Assembly: GCF_000143415.4 (NCBI RefSeq)
Contig: NW_003314328.1
Coordinates: forward strand, 771,889-835,888
Length of the DNA stretch: 64,000 bases
Reading direction: 5' to 3'
Source: Selaginella moellendorffii
Taxonomy: Eukaryota; Plantae; Lycopodiophyta
This document shows, piece after piece, positions 38,600 to 50,849 of the stretch; the first letter of the stretch is position 1; every line of letters starts with the position of its first letter. Both the position numbers and the translations under genes were made by a program. The notes under the pieces are model-generated. The model was not told the DNA's origin and searched no databases. It saw only the letters and a list, made by a program, of their open reading frames with translations.

Positions 38600-40490
38600 A
38601 AAGGGTAAATAAAGCTGGCTGCCAGTAGTCGCTCAATCTCCAACTTCATCTCTATGTGAGCTGTCAGGCTGAAACGCTACATCTTTTGACGGACTAGTTT
38701 GGTTGACTTTGAAAGCACAATACTGTGCATGATTGTGTCCATAGAAACCCCTAGAAGCTGGCCATAGTCCCAAGCAAACACATCCTTGAAATAGTGAAGG
38801 AGATCCAAGAGCTTTGTTGCGTTTGTTGAAGCAAGTGATGTGGCAATAAAGACCAAATCCTTGTCACCACCTAAGAAAATGGCATGAACCTTGGAGTCTG
38901 GAGAAACTTTGGGTTCAGGGGGTTCATCTATCTTAGATTCCTCCCTGACTTTGGAAACCAAAGAGCAGGGAGTGCCTTTTGCCTCTCGCATCATGGTGAT
39001 TGCTTGATGTGAACCTGTCTACCCAAAAATTTTCTTCACGAGGGACACTTTGAAAAGTCACATGAGAGAACTCACCCTTCAGGTTGACCACCCACTGCCA
39101 TAACTCTTTCGGGTTCTCTTTGTGGACTTGGTATTCTCCAATAAGTTGGCGTATGATGAGTTGTGCATCTCCAATGAAAGTGACTTGCCTAAATTTGAGA
39201 TCTGTAGCCAACTTCATGGCACTGATAGCTGCCAAGTACTCTACTTCGTTAGCTGATGTTGCTGGCAAGTGATAGAGAGGTCAGTTACTTTGTTCTTTGC
39301 AAAATCAATCATCGAAACTCCAATGCCGGCAACCTGGTTTTTGGGGCAGAAAGCACTGTCGAAATAAGCTGTAATCATAGGAGTGTCCTCTTCTTCAAAT
39401 AAATATGCTGGGGACACCACATCTGGCAAGACCATCTCTGGCAAGTTAGGCAAGAACGTTGTTGTTGGATCCGAAGTCTTTGTCTGTTGTTCTCTTTGCT
39501 TCTGATGCTCTGAGAGTTCAATGTCCAATGCGAGAACTGTAGCCAAGTACTCTGCAAGTGAAGGAAGATCCTCCACCGAAGTCGAGTCCAAGTCTGGTGC
39601 TAAAATTTCAGTGTAATACACTTGGATTTGTACTGGGAGCTCCACAGTAGGAAATTCTGAACTCAAAGAGCTATAACTCGCATGCAGCTCGTCCAATTGG
39701 CTTGATTTTTTTTGCCAGTTGTGTGTCTGGATGTCATCTTTCATCTCCAAAAAACGTCATGACAAAATACACTCAGAGTCATCAGCTACCATGATTTTAG
39801 TAGGAAGATGCTGGCTGTGACACCTCAGATAGTTGTTGAGGAGGATTGAGTTCGGCTGTGTCCTGTGAAAGATGGACCTAGTCTAGAGTGACTATGTCAT
39901 CAAACTCTATAAGAGAGAGTTGGTCCCATGCAAGAAACAAATCGAAAAGCCCTTCCTCTATCGAAAAACACTCCGAAAAGTTGGATATGGGAGCCCGTAC
40001 CATATAAGCCCCACCATCAAATAAAGAGGGTGTGGCTAGAGGCTCAGCCTTACTCTCAAATAAATAGAGTGAGGTTGAGAGATGTCTCGAACTATCTAAC
40101 TCACCTCCAACATCGATTGCATTGCATGAGAAAGGATCCATCATATAGATGGTCGACTCCATTGCCAACTTGGGAAAAACCTCTGTGAGCTCAGGAGGAA
40201 AGTGTGGTGTGGAGACCACTTTAGTCTGAGCCTTCTGGGCTTGCTGAGAAAAAACATTGCCATGGTTGTTGAGAAAGGTGGCATTATGGGTTTCATCACT
40301 AATTTCCATCTTGCCTTGCGTCGTATCAATGGTGCAATGGGCTGTGACTTGCCATGAGTGGCCAGAGTCCTTTAAAGAAGACATTCAAAGATGTTGGTAG
40401 TCAACCACAAGGAAATCTGCCTAAGAAATAACACCCTACACTGAGACCTTGACATTATAGCAAATGCCCATTGGAGGAATGGTGTGGTTG
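38600..40490 (-). mobile_element. Family-C fragment (post-protease spacer, aRH, start of RT)
   Basis: Reverse complement of ~19040-20950; ORFs 39241-39750, 38933-39268 and 38677-38994 match. Confidence 0.88.
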
Positions 40491-42119
40491 GCGAAGGAAA
40501 GGGGCAGATCTTGGGGTTTGCCGAGTATGGGAGGCTTGTGCTTGTCAAGTTCAAGGACTTGATGCAAAGCGAGTGTTTGGATATAAACTTTTACCAGTTC
40601 CTTCGTGAGGTGGATGCGGCTTTGAGATTTGCAGGGCAATGCCATTGCTGAGATGTTTGAGTATGGTTTCGTGCATGGTGCCACCATTTGCTTTGTTGTC
40701 CTCACATACTGTGGCAACTTCTTGAAAATGGTTCCTTTGTATGACAAGCGCTTCAAATCGTTAAACAACAATGGTGTCACCTTTGATGTGGGAGCTGAGT
40801 ATGATGTGATCATGTCCCTCTTGCAAAAGGTTCATACTCAGAGCATCCACTTTGGTGGTAAGCCAGAATGGACACACATGTATGTCCAAGCTATACAATT
40901 GTTTTTGGTTGGAATGTCAGGGGGCCATCTGGGAGTTAGCAATGCTGCCAAGGCTAAGGATGTTGAGTGGCCATCGAGTCATATACTTGTTCAACATGAA
41001 CATAATACCTTAGATACGAGATATAGGCATTTTGCTCGAAAACCATTCCATTTTTGTAAGTCAATGCAAATTAGTTAAAGAGTTGGAGTTGACTTTGATT
41101 AGTTTAGATTTTAATAGGTAGTTTGTATGATGCGGCCCAAAAGGGATGTTGACTTTTGAGGTTAAGGCAATGACCTTTGTGCCTTTTTTTTAGTGTTATG
41201 CTAGGTGGTAGGTTGCATATTGTATTTTGTTAAACTCTATGAGATTAGTGAGCTTTCACTGATTTTGACTTGGTCTTGGTCGCCCTACACCTTGGCTGAG
41301 GATGGTGATGTCCAATTTAGTTGTTTGAAGCTGAGATATTAGTATTTGTACTATAGTTTTGTTTATGAGCAGGTTGTATACCAATATGAGTCCATCTTAT
41401 CGTCTTCACTTTAGTTTCAACTAAGTGTTGATTATGCATAGCTAGCCTCTTCAAAGCATACTCAAGGCTATTAGCTAAATGCATTAGTGAGCTTATTATA
41501 GTTGAGTTGGATAATATGAACAAGTTCGAACTAAATGACTATATGAATCAACAGATCAGCCATTAGAAAAGTCTAAGAAAATTTGTGGAAATTTTCTATC
41601 CTAAAGAAAGAATGACTCTCAGTCTAGAAATGCAAAACTCAACTAACTTCCTCCTACCAACAACTTCACATAGGTTCACCTTAACACAAATTCTCATGAC
41701 CCATAGTATGCTTAAGCCTTAAACATCATACCCATATTTCCGACATCCAACACCAACATTTATAAAATGCAATATGAACAACTAAGACTTAATTATGAAA
41801 ACCATATCTTTGGATATCCACATTGCACTAACATTCTTCTTCAATCACCTTCAAGATTTAATATGAAGCAAAAACACTAACAAGAAAAATGATAGGAAAA
41901 ATTCACACATTCTCTATCCAACAATCTACTCCAAGTGTTAACAGATAAATCAATAAGTAATAACAAGTGAATGCTATAACCCTTTCCAACACCTTAATGG
42001 GTAAACCCTTAAGGAAATAAAGTATCAACTTAAACTTAGCATAATGGAACATTATAAAGAATTCAGTCAAAGTTATTATAATGCTACTACATGCAAATAA
42101 ACTAGCTTCACTATCAACC

Positions 42120-45100
42120 ACTTTGCTTTTGCGCGTATTGAAGATGGCCTCCACTTCGTATTCTTCTTCCCCTTGGATAACCTTAGGTAAAGGTCTCATT
42201 TGGTCCTTGTGAAGTGGATCTTCAAAGTACGGCTTGAGTAGGTTCACATAGAACACTAGGTGCATCTTCCCCATCTCTCGAGGAAGTTGGAAGTGGTAAG
42301 CCACTTTACCGATTCATGCCTCAATCTCATAAGGCCTCGCGAACCTGTTTAAGGAACTCAAGATCAGTTCATTTCCAGGAATACATGCATTTTACTTTTG
42401 GGTTAACTTCCGACTGATCCCACTTCGTAGCCTTAGATTCTTGGTGTTAGCCACACCTTCTCCCTAGGTTGGAACTCTATGTCCTGGCGCTTCTGGTTTG
42501 CATACTTGGTTTGCCTTTATTGAGCCCGTTCCAAGGAATCCCTCACTAGATTCCAAATGTTGAGTCTTTTCACCGTGAATGCCTTTACTATGGGTAATTC
42601 TCCATGATACTTGGCCACGCCGAGTTCTACATGACCTTCAATAGCTCACCCATTGATGACTTCCCATGGACTCACTCTAATACTCGAGTGTGGTGAGTTG
42701 TTATAGCACATTTCCACAAGTCCCAAATGACTTACCCAATCAGTCAGGTCTTCGGAGACATAGCATCGCAAATAATCATCCAACTGCTTATTCACCCTTT
42801 TCGTTTGTCCATCTGTCAAGAAGTGTTAGTGCCATTCAACTTGACTTAATACCCAATACCTGTTTGTGAGTAATAGGCTGTGCTGAATTTCAACTTGGTG
42901 CAATATTGTGCCAAGAGAGTTCTTCAGAACTTACTCGTGAAGATCTTATCTTGATCTGAGATGATCTCCTTTGGCCTTCCCCGCACTCGAACCACTTGTT
43001 CAAAGAACAACTTTGCCACACCTTCCGCATCCACTTCCGTTGTGGTGGGTATGAAATGTGCCATCTTCGAAAATTGGTCAGACGATTTGGAATTGGGATG
43101 CTTTGTAACAAGCCCCCACTAACCTTAGTCACAGCTTTGACCTACTGACATGTTAGACATGTCTTTATATAGTCTTGGATGTCCTTAGCTATATCTGGCT
43201 AATGCTACTTCCTTTTAAGTAAACCCATCGTTTTGGGCACTCCACCATATCCCACAAGAGGTCTGTCATAACACTCTTTTAAGGCTACCTTCCTTAGTTC
43301 CCCTTCTTGAACATATACCCTTCTTTGTTTGTAATAGATGAGTCCATTGCATTCCATATAGCCTGTTTTCTCTCAAGGTTGACTTTGAGCCCGTCCTTGC
43401 CCACCATATGCCCGAGAAACTTTACCTCTTGTTAAGCAAAGTCACATTTTCTCTCGTTAGCATATAGCTGGTGTTCCTTTAGTTTCTCAAACACTTTCGT
43501 CAAGTGTTCGGCATGCTCCTCTAGCATCTCACTATAAATCAGGATGTCATCAATATAGACGACCATGAATTGATCCAAATAGGGTACAAAGATGTGGTTC
43601 ATCAGCGCCGAAAACATTGCCGGTGCATTGTATAACCCAAAGGGCATCACCAGAAACTCAAAGCTCCCATACCTTGTTCAACAGGTTGTCTTCTCGACAT
43701 CTTCCTTTGCTACTCTGATTTGGTAGTATCCTGACCTTAGGTCAATCCTCGAAAAGTATTTTGCCTTTCCCAACCTATCGAACAAGTCCTCAATCCTTGG
43801 CAAAGGGTCCTTGTTCTTCTTTGTATACTTGTTGAGCAACCGGTAGTCTATGCACATGCGTATAGATTCATCATTTTTTTTTAACAAATAACACCGGCAC
43901 CCCATACGGCGACTTGCTCAACCTAACATACCCTTTGTCCACCAACTCTTTTAGTTGGCACTTGAGCTCCTCGAGTTCCTTTTTGTTCAAACGATGGGGG
44001 GGACGAACCATCGCCTTAGCACCCTCGACCAGCTCAATCTTATGTTCTATTGGTCGTGCGGGGAGCAACCCCACCAGTAGCTCCTCCGGCATGGTATTCT
44101 AGAACTAGTCCAATACCCACTTGATCACTAAAGGTCCTTCTTCCGTTCCTGTCTTTTTGTCACTCTTCACCGAGAGTAAGCACAAAAATGTTGCTTTGGT
44201 TCCTTTAGTGAGTTGTCCTCTCGTGGACACCAAATTTAGGCAGGAATCTTTGGCTTTGCATTGCTCTACATTTAGATCCTAGGCCTCCACCCTGGATCTT
44301 TTTCCTTGGGCATTCACTAATATCACAAGGTTCCTATCTTGTCTATGCAGGGCTACCACGAACAGATTGAACCAATCCATCCCGAAGATTACATCAAATC
44401 CTGTGAAATACATGTCTATTTTCTATGTCCCCACTTTAACTCTCGCTTATCGAAGTACCTCATCGGTGCTTTGGCTACCTTGAACAAACTCTATAGTCTT
44501 TGGTTCACCCGGCCGCTGTAACGTTAATCCGGCTTGCTAAACTATGTCTGCAGCCACAAAATTATCCAAAGCACCCGTGTCAATAAGGATCTTAACAAAG
44601 CCACTTCCAAGCTTGCCTCGGAAGGCTAGTAGATGTCGCGAATGACTCTCTACCAAAGTTGCTCGTGTAATGAATAACTTTGAGCTAGGGACTGGATCAC
44701 ATACTTTAGTTTGGATTTCACCGGATTTAATGGCCATATTGGCTCTGGCCTTCTTCGGGTAGGGACATTCCCTCGAAAAGTGTCCTGCTTCACTGTAGTT
44801 GTAGCATACGTTGTTTCCTACACTGTTAACTGACTTGACCTTCTTATCCATGGGTTTGTCTCTTTTTGCTTGACTCCCCCACATACTTGCTCGCTGGCCA
44901 CCAGATTTGCCTTTCCGGAACCCTAAGGACTCATTCTTAGAGAAACTCTTCTTGAATTTCCCCTTGCTATACGTTCCCCTTGGTTTGGCCCCTTTGCTAA
45001 ACGTGGACCCCGACCCCGTCGTGTTTCCCTTTTGCAGGTTATCGTTGAAATGCACCTTGATGGCCGCTTCCAACGCTTCCTTGTAGTTGGTCGGATTCCA

Positions 45101-46760
45101 ACGCATCACCTCACCACGAGCCCAGGTTTGCAAGCTTGATATGAAGACATGGAACACATCCATATGCCCCATGTCTGTGACAAGTATCCTCTTTGCCATA
45201 AACCCATTCACATACTCCTGAATGGTTCCAGTCTGCTTCAGCCTACTCAGCTCGTCTCTTAGATGTAGAGTAGCATTTGGAGGAACGTAAGTCTTGTAGA
45301 TCCTCGCCTTCATCATTTCCCAAGTGGCCACCAGTCCTTCGTTGGCCTTTGTCATTCTCCACCAAGACCTGGCATTATCTGCCAAGTATGGTTTTGTACA
45401 TAGGACCTTCTTTGAGCTCGGTAACTGCAACGCTCGGAAGTAGTCCTTTATATCATAAAACCAATCCTCCAGCACCTTATAATCATTCACTCCCTTAAAG
45501 ACCGGTATGGGCTTTCGTTTGTACTTGGGAACTGCTTGAGGGACTGATTCCACTTTAGTTTGTTTAACCTTTTTTTGTTCTGCCTCAATCCCTGCCGAAG
45601 GGATTGCACCTTCTGTGCTGCTAGCACCCGCAGTCTTTTGCCTTTTCTTTCGCTTCTCGTCACGCTTTAACTTGCGTACAAGAGTCTCTAGTAGGGTATT
45701 GGTTTGTGCCAATTGTCCTTCTAGAACGTCCAATCGAGCCTTGCATGACCGAACCTCGCCACCGGACTCCTGTTTGGAAGTTTCCTCACTGGAGTCCTCC
45801 TCATGCAAGGATTCCTCAACCATAGCCTCTTGCTCGACCAGAGGCTCCAGCTCTGACGGAGGTTTCGTCTCCGCTTTGGTTCGTTTATGCCCTACCTTTG
45901 CCATCTCCCAGCAATCCGCCTCTATCCTTCACTAAAACTGAGGAAAAGGTTCCGATACCAAATTGTAAGCCACAAATTTTTCCTTTCCAATTTGCCAGCT
46001 TACCTCGTCTATCCAACTAATACTGCCTTGGCTTTAGTTAAGTTCCCTTGCCAAGGTTCCCACCTATAGTACCAGCTCCTACTTAGTCCTACTTGGTTTC
46101 AACTACTCATTGCACGAGCAATGGAGCATTAGCCATCCATCCACGGGTTCCTAAATCTCTCTCAATCCCCCTCCCCAGATTAAATTGGACTTAAGGTTCG
46201 GCTACACTCCCTGCAGGCACAAGCAGCTAAGCACACCAAGCCTCCAGGTTCCTAACATCCCTTGGTACCATAAGACTTGATTATGGGACCCTCTAAATCC
46301 TAAGTCTTGGGTGCAACACATGTTTTGGGACACTGGGGCGAAACACCGTGGCCTAATGGCCCAGTATGGGTACCTCTACCCCCCCACTTCCATCCTAAAG
46401 GGAAGGCCCAAGCCCCTAGGAAGGGTAAGGACTAATGAGCCAAAAAGTACTCAAGTGGGGCACCACTCTACATGAGCCAGGAGCACCACAATCGGTTTCC
46501 CTTTCAGGAGTGGGAGCTGCTCTTGAGCACTTCCTTGGGTGGCCCCTTTGGCACCACCTGAGTCCATGCTCACTCCTACCCAAGGCCCCTTGGCCCCAAT
46601 CTCAACCTCAAGTCAGTTTGGAAGCACTACTGGAGAGTTCCTTCAAGACTGGTTCTTAGACCTCACTATCTCTATTATACTTTTGGAACCCCCTGCAGCC
46701 CCCCTTCCCCCCCCCCCCTCTTGGGAGACATACGCTTTGGGCTTTCACCCCTTGACCTTA
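42120..46760 (-). mobile_element. Second family-B chromovirus: partial 5' LTR, PBS, gag, deleted pol
   Basis: LTR 45964-~46760, PBS tggtatcggaacc 45948-45960, gag ORF, RT YIDD 43432-43650. RNase H is lost by a deletion at ~43373 and the chromodomain is truncated at ~42120. Confidence 0.9.
44537..45904 (-). CDS. Gypsy Gag-protease (family B), open for 455 aa
   Basis: Retrotrans_gag-like YLADNARSWW...LKQTGTIQEYV, degenerate knuckle CYNYSEAGHFSREC, protease LIDTGA. Confidence 0.88.
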   Translation of the reverse strand: MAKVGHKRTKAETKPPSELEPLVEQEAMVEESLHEEDSSEETSKQESGGEVRSCKARLDVLEGQLAQTNTLLETLVRKLKRDEKRKKRQKTAGASSTEGAIPSAGIEAEQKKVKQTKVESVPQAVPKYKRKPIPVFKGVNDYKVLEDWFYDIKDYFRALQLPSSKKVLCTKPYLADNARSWWRMTKANEGLVATWEMMKARIYKTYVPPNATLHLRDELSRLKQTGTIQEYVNGFMAKRILVTDMGHMDVFHVFISSLQTWARGEVMRWNPTNYKEALEAAIKVHFNDNLQKGNTTGSGSTFSKGAKPRGTYSKGKFKKSFSKNESLGFRKGKSGGQRASMWGSQAKRDKPMDKKVKSVNSVGNNVCYNYSEAGHFSRECPYPKKARANMAIKSGEIQTKVCDPVPSSKLFITRATLVESHSRHLLAFRGKLGSGFVKILIDTGALDNFVAADIV

Positions 46761-47029
46761 GCGATATTGAGGGACTAGTCTCAATATTGCGGGGGTTTTT
46801 GATACTAGCAAGTGCAAGCCAATGACACAAGTTTCTCAAATCAGGCCGAGTATGCTCAGCAAGAAACACATAGGGTTCCTACCTTATGTTTATCCAATTT
46901 AAGTGCATGTTCATTAGGGAATTAATAACGGGTCTAGCAATATTGACCTTCTGCCGTCGTGGCAGTAAGGAAAGAATATTCGAAAGGACTACCTAACAGG
47001 TAACTTTCGATACCCGAAGTCACATTCGC

Positions 47030-47605
47030 GACACTTCCCCAATGTCCCTTTTTCAATTCCCACCAAATCCTTCTCCATCCACAACTGTGCTTGCCAACAC
47101 TGCCACTAGGTTAGGGTTTGAAGGCCTGAGTGGTTAGTCTGATTGACATCTAGGACTTCCTCACCATATGACCATATCTTTGGTCACACTATACAAGAGG
47201 ATTGCTTCTTTTCCTTTCCACAATCTAGGACTTTGGGATGACATTTTGAAGCACCGTAGCCCTATATGACCCTCATGGGTACTCTTCCCACCTTCTACTC
47301 TTAGGTGCTTTAACCATGTGGCTAAAGCAAAGTTCCGATGAGCCATACCAAGTATCTAAGTAGGTAGTGCTACCTACACTTGGATTGGGAGCATTAACCA
47401 TTCGATCTCTCGGGGGAGCTAAAGTTAGTTTTTGAACACTTCACCAAGTTACCTTATTTATCCATCCATGTTCACTCTAGCATTGGACTCTTCAATGGTT
47501 ATATCATCACCCACCACATAGGTATAACTTCGGCCAAACTAGTTCCACTGGAGTTTTCTCCCTTACTATACTTTTGGAGCTCACCAAACCCCCTAGGGTC
47601 TAAAA
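47030..47605 (-). mobile_element. Old diverged family-A LTR, first part (continues at 62492-63088)
   Basis: Homologous to the reverse complement of the family-A LTR. Removing 47606-62491 restores ...ccctagggtctaaaagacgattgttttgggctttcacc..., matching LTR agggtctgggagacgaacgctttgggctttcacc. Confidence 0.85.
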
Positions 47606-47629
47606 AAGCTCTATTTCGTTAAAGTGGGA
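47606..47629 (+). repeat. Left TIR aagctctatttcgttaaagtggga
   Basis: Exact reverse complement of 62464-62487 and identical to 63089-63112. Confidence 0.93.
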
Positions 47630-48047
47630 ATTGTCATTATCCCACTTGTAAAATAAGGTTTCCAAACCTTTATATAGTATATAAATATAACAAAATTCAA
47701 CTGCATTGAGGCACATGCCATTTTATTTTAAACAAGGAAATGTCTACTCAATCACTTCTCCTCCCCCTGCCACTGCTTCACCTCTCTCTTCTCCTTGTCA
47801 TCGTCGTTCAATTTCTTTCCATCCTTTTAATATTGGCTCAGTTGCTCCGAGTCTAGGTGGAGCCCAAGTCCCCATTCAATCTTTACTTTCCCCTTATTAA
47901 TAAAACAACTTCGTAGACTTCCAATAACATGCTGTAACACTTCTAGTATAATGCAAATCCTCTCAAAGAATTGTCTTTTAATATTAATACAATGGCATGG
48001 AACCCCATGCCATAATAAGTTACATTTTTAAATAAATACATGCCATC

Positions 48048-48910
48048 TCAGACTGTTATTTTTTGCCTCCAACGCCTATACAATAATCTTGGAATTTCAT
48101 CACTCGCCACACTATCAGGATTTAAACCCAATAGTAATGCCATCTCTTCTCTAATACGTCCACGCTCATGTTCAGTGGTCGAAGAACCCATCCGGTTGAG
48201 CAGATTATGGAGATGCGGATAGTGCTTGGCTAGACAATATACATGCCATAAATGATGACTGGTGTCTGTCCGATCAAATGGCTTCTGATATACCGTTCCA
48301 TCTGCCATTTGGTTGATTTCTGCAGCCACCTCCTGGATTGGCCGGTTCTCTATCACCATCGCTCCAAGCCGTTTTGCAAGGTCCCCCAGAACATACGGTT
48401 TCTTCTCCCTAGTTTCCATACTGCAAGAGATGGGGTGCACTGCATATGTGTGCGTGTTCGCTGCAGTTTTAATTGGCGAGTCATCGATGATGAGGATTTC
48501 ACTTGACCTAGCAGTCCGGTTCATCACTACAGCCTCTGGCTTGACAAAGATGGGCTTGCTACCCCTTACATGGACTATTGTCAAGCAATCCTCCTGCGTT
48601 AGGAGAAAGTCAAATGGTAATATTACTCGCGTCTGATCGTGCATCATCTATAGCAACGTTAATGCATTATGGCGCATCATGGATGTCCAAACTCCCAATT
48701 GCAAATTGAACCTGGCCCTCTGTTTTAAGTGTCGCATGGTCATTATTAGATCCCGCAGTTTCTCCCGTGTGATTAATGTGAATCTGTCTCTTTTGACCAA
48801 CTTGCGACCACAGGCTTTGGAGGGTGCAGTGACATTCGAGGACGAGCCACGCTCATGGGAGAAAAGGACACCGTTCAGATCAAAAACGATACAGTACCTT
48901 CGCCGTGACT
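48048..48910 (-). pseudogene. FCP1/NIF-family HAD phosphatase-like domain (last exon of cargo gene)
   Basis: CIVFDLNGVL (motif I), LGVWTS (motif II), LIIDDSPIK (motif IV). ORFs 48648-48932 and 48048-48647 share a frame, separated by one TAG. Confidence 0.8.
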
Positions 48911-49005
48911 CTGAAATGAAATGTGTTAGCATAAAAAATGGTACAAGTCAATTTTACCATCTACAATATTAGCGAATGGTGCTCCCGATGGTCGTTGAGA
49001 GGGTT

Positions 49006-49726
49006 TGTGAGACACAAAATCCCTAGGCCCCAAAGTGGAGCCAGAAGGGCGCCACATGGTAGTGGCCGAAGCGAGAGCCAAACGAGCGTAACACGTTTGG
49101 ACCAAAAGCTCCGACTTGAAAAGTCAAGAGCGGGAGTGGAACTCCCAACGTAGTGCTTGAGGAACGAGCACGAAGCGAGCAAAAGGTGAGGCTCCAAAAA
49201 GGGACCCAAAAGGACCAACACATGACACGTGGGAGTGTCCGAGATGGACTCGAGTTGGAGTCTGAAGTGGAGTCCGAGATGGACCCGAGTTGGAGTCCGA
49301 AGTGGAGTCTGAGATGGACCCGAGTTGGAGTCCAAAGTGGAGTCCGAGATGGACCCGAGTTGGAGTCCGAAGTGGAGTCCGAGATGGACCCGAGATGGAG
49401 TCCGAAATGGAGTCCGAAGTGGAGTCCGAGGTGGACCCGAGATGGACCCGAGTTGGAGTCCGAAGTGGAGTCCGAGATGGAGTCCGAGATGGAGTCCGAG
49501 GTGGACCCGAGATGGACCCGAAATGGAGTCCGAGATGGACCCGAGATGGAGTCCGAGATGGAGTCCGAGATGGACCCGAGATGGACCCGAGATGGAGTTC
49601 GAGATGGAGTCCGAGATGGAGTCCGAGATGGACCCGAGATGGACCCGAGATGGAGTTCGAGATGGAGTCCGAGATGGAGTCCGAGATGGAGTCCGAAGTC
49701 GAGACCGAGACCGGGACCGAGACCGG

Positions 49727-49758
<32 letters not shown>

Positions 49759-50849
49759 TCGGGACTGAGACCGAGACCGAGCCCGAGGCCGAGTCCGAAT
49801 CCGAGTCCGAGTCCGAGTCCGAGTCCGAGTCCGAGTCCGAGTCCGGAGCCTGAGAGGGTGAAAGCCCAAAGCGTTCGTCTCCCAGACCCTGGGGGGTTTG
49901 GTGAGCTCCAAAAGTATAGTAGGGGGAGGACTGCAGTGGAGCCAGTTTGGCCAGGAAAGGCCAGTTTGGCCCAGGAAGGCCGGACCCAGTGTTGGGTGAT
50001 GAGCTGCCCACTGGGAAGTCCAAGACTAGAGTGAACACAGACCGACAAGCGGGGTAGCTTGGTGAAGTGTTCAAGAGCCGACTCTAGTTCCCCCGGGAGA
50101 TCGACTGGCCAATGCTCCCAGTCCAAGTGTGGGTGGCACTACCTACTTGGATACCAGGCGTGGCTCAACGGAACCTCGCTCTAAGCCCATGGCTAGAGCA
50201 CCTAAAGGCGAAAGGTGGGGAGAGTACCCAGGTGGCTCGCGTAAGGCCACGGTGTTCCGAAATGGTGTCCCAAAGTCCCAGACTGTGGAAAGGAAGAGGG
50301 GTAGCCCTCGGGTGAGGTGACCAAGGACACAGTCACACAGTGAGGAAGTCCTCAAGGATAGTGGGACTTAGTGGTCGGGCCGGTGGGCCTTGATCCAGTG
50401 GCAGTGTTGGCGAACACAGCCAAGGACAGAAAGGGACTTGGTGGGGACCGGAACAGAGATATTGGGGAAGGCTATTCCCCATGTCTGTAGGCATCCTAAG
50501 GATGTTAAGGAGTGGATCTGGGATGATCCCTCATGGACGGATGACCCAGTCTTTGAGAGACGGGATTGGAATGCAGGTGGTGTTGGACCACCAGTGTGAC
50601 CAAGGTAATTGGGCATGGCCTTAGCGTAACGGGCCGATACGTCGGTGGTACCTTGGGGTGTCTATCATGGGATCGGACACGTGGAGCACTTGGACCAAGT
50701 GCTAAGGTTGAGTGGCATGGATGCCATTCTCGGGGCTAGAAAGCCCCAAGTCCTGAGTTGGACTTATGGAGGTTGTGAATGAGACTCCTCCAAGTGGTCG
50801 GAGGTGTGGTTAAGTGACTAAAGTAGAATGGAAAAATTTGTCGCTTACA
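49006..50849 (+). mobile_element. Family-A solo LTR with 5-bp TSD
   Basis: tgtgagacac...tcgcttaca flanked by GGGTT at 49001-49005 and 50850-50854; interrupts exon 14 of the cargo gene. Confidence 0.95.
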
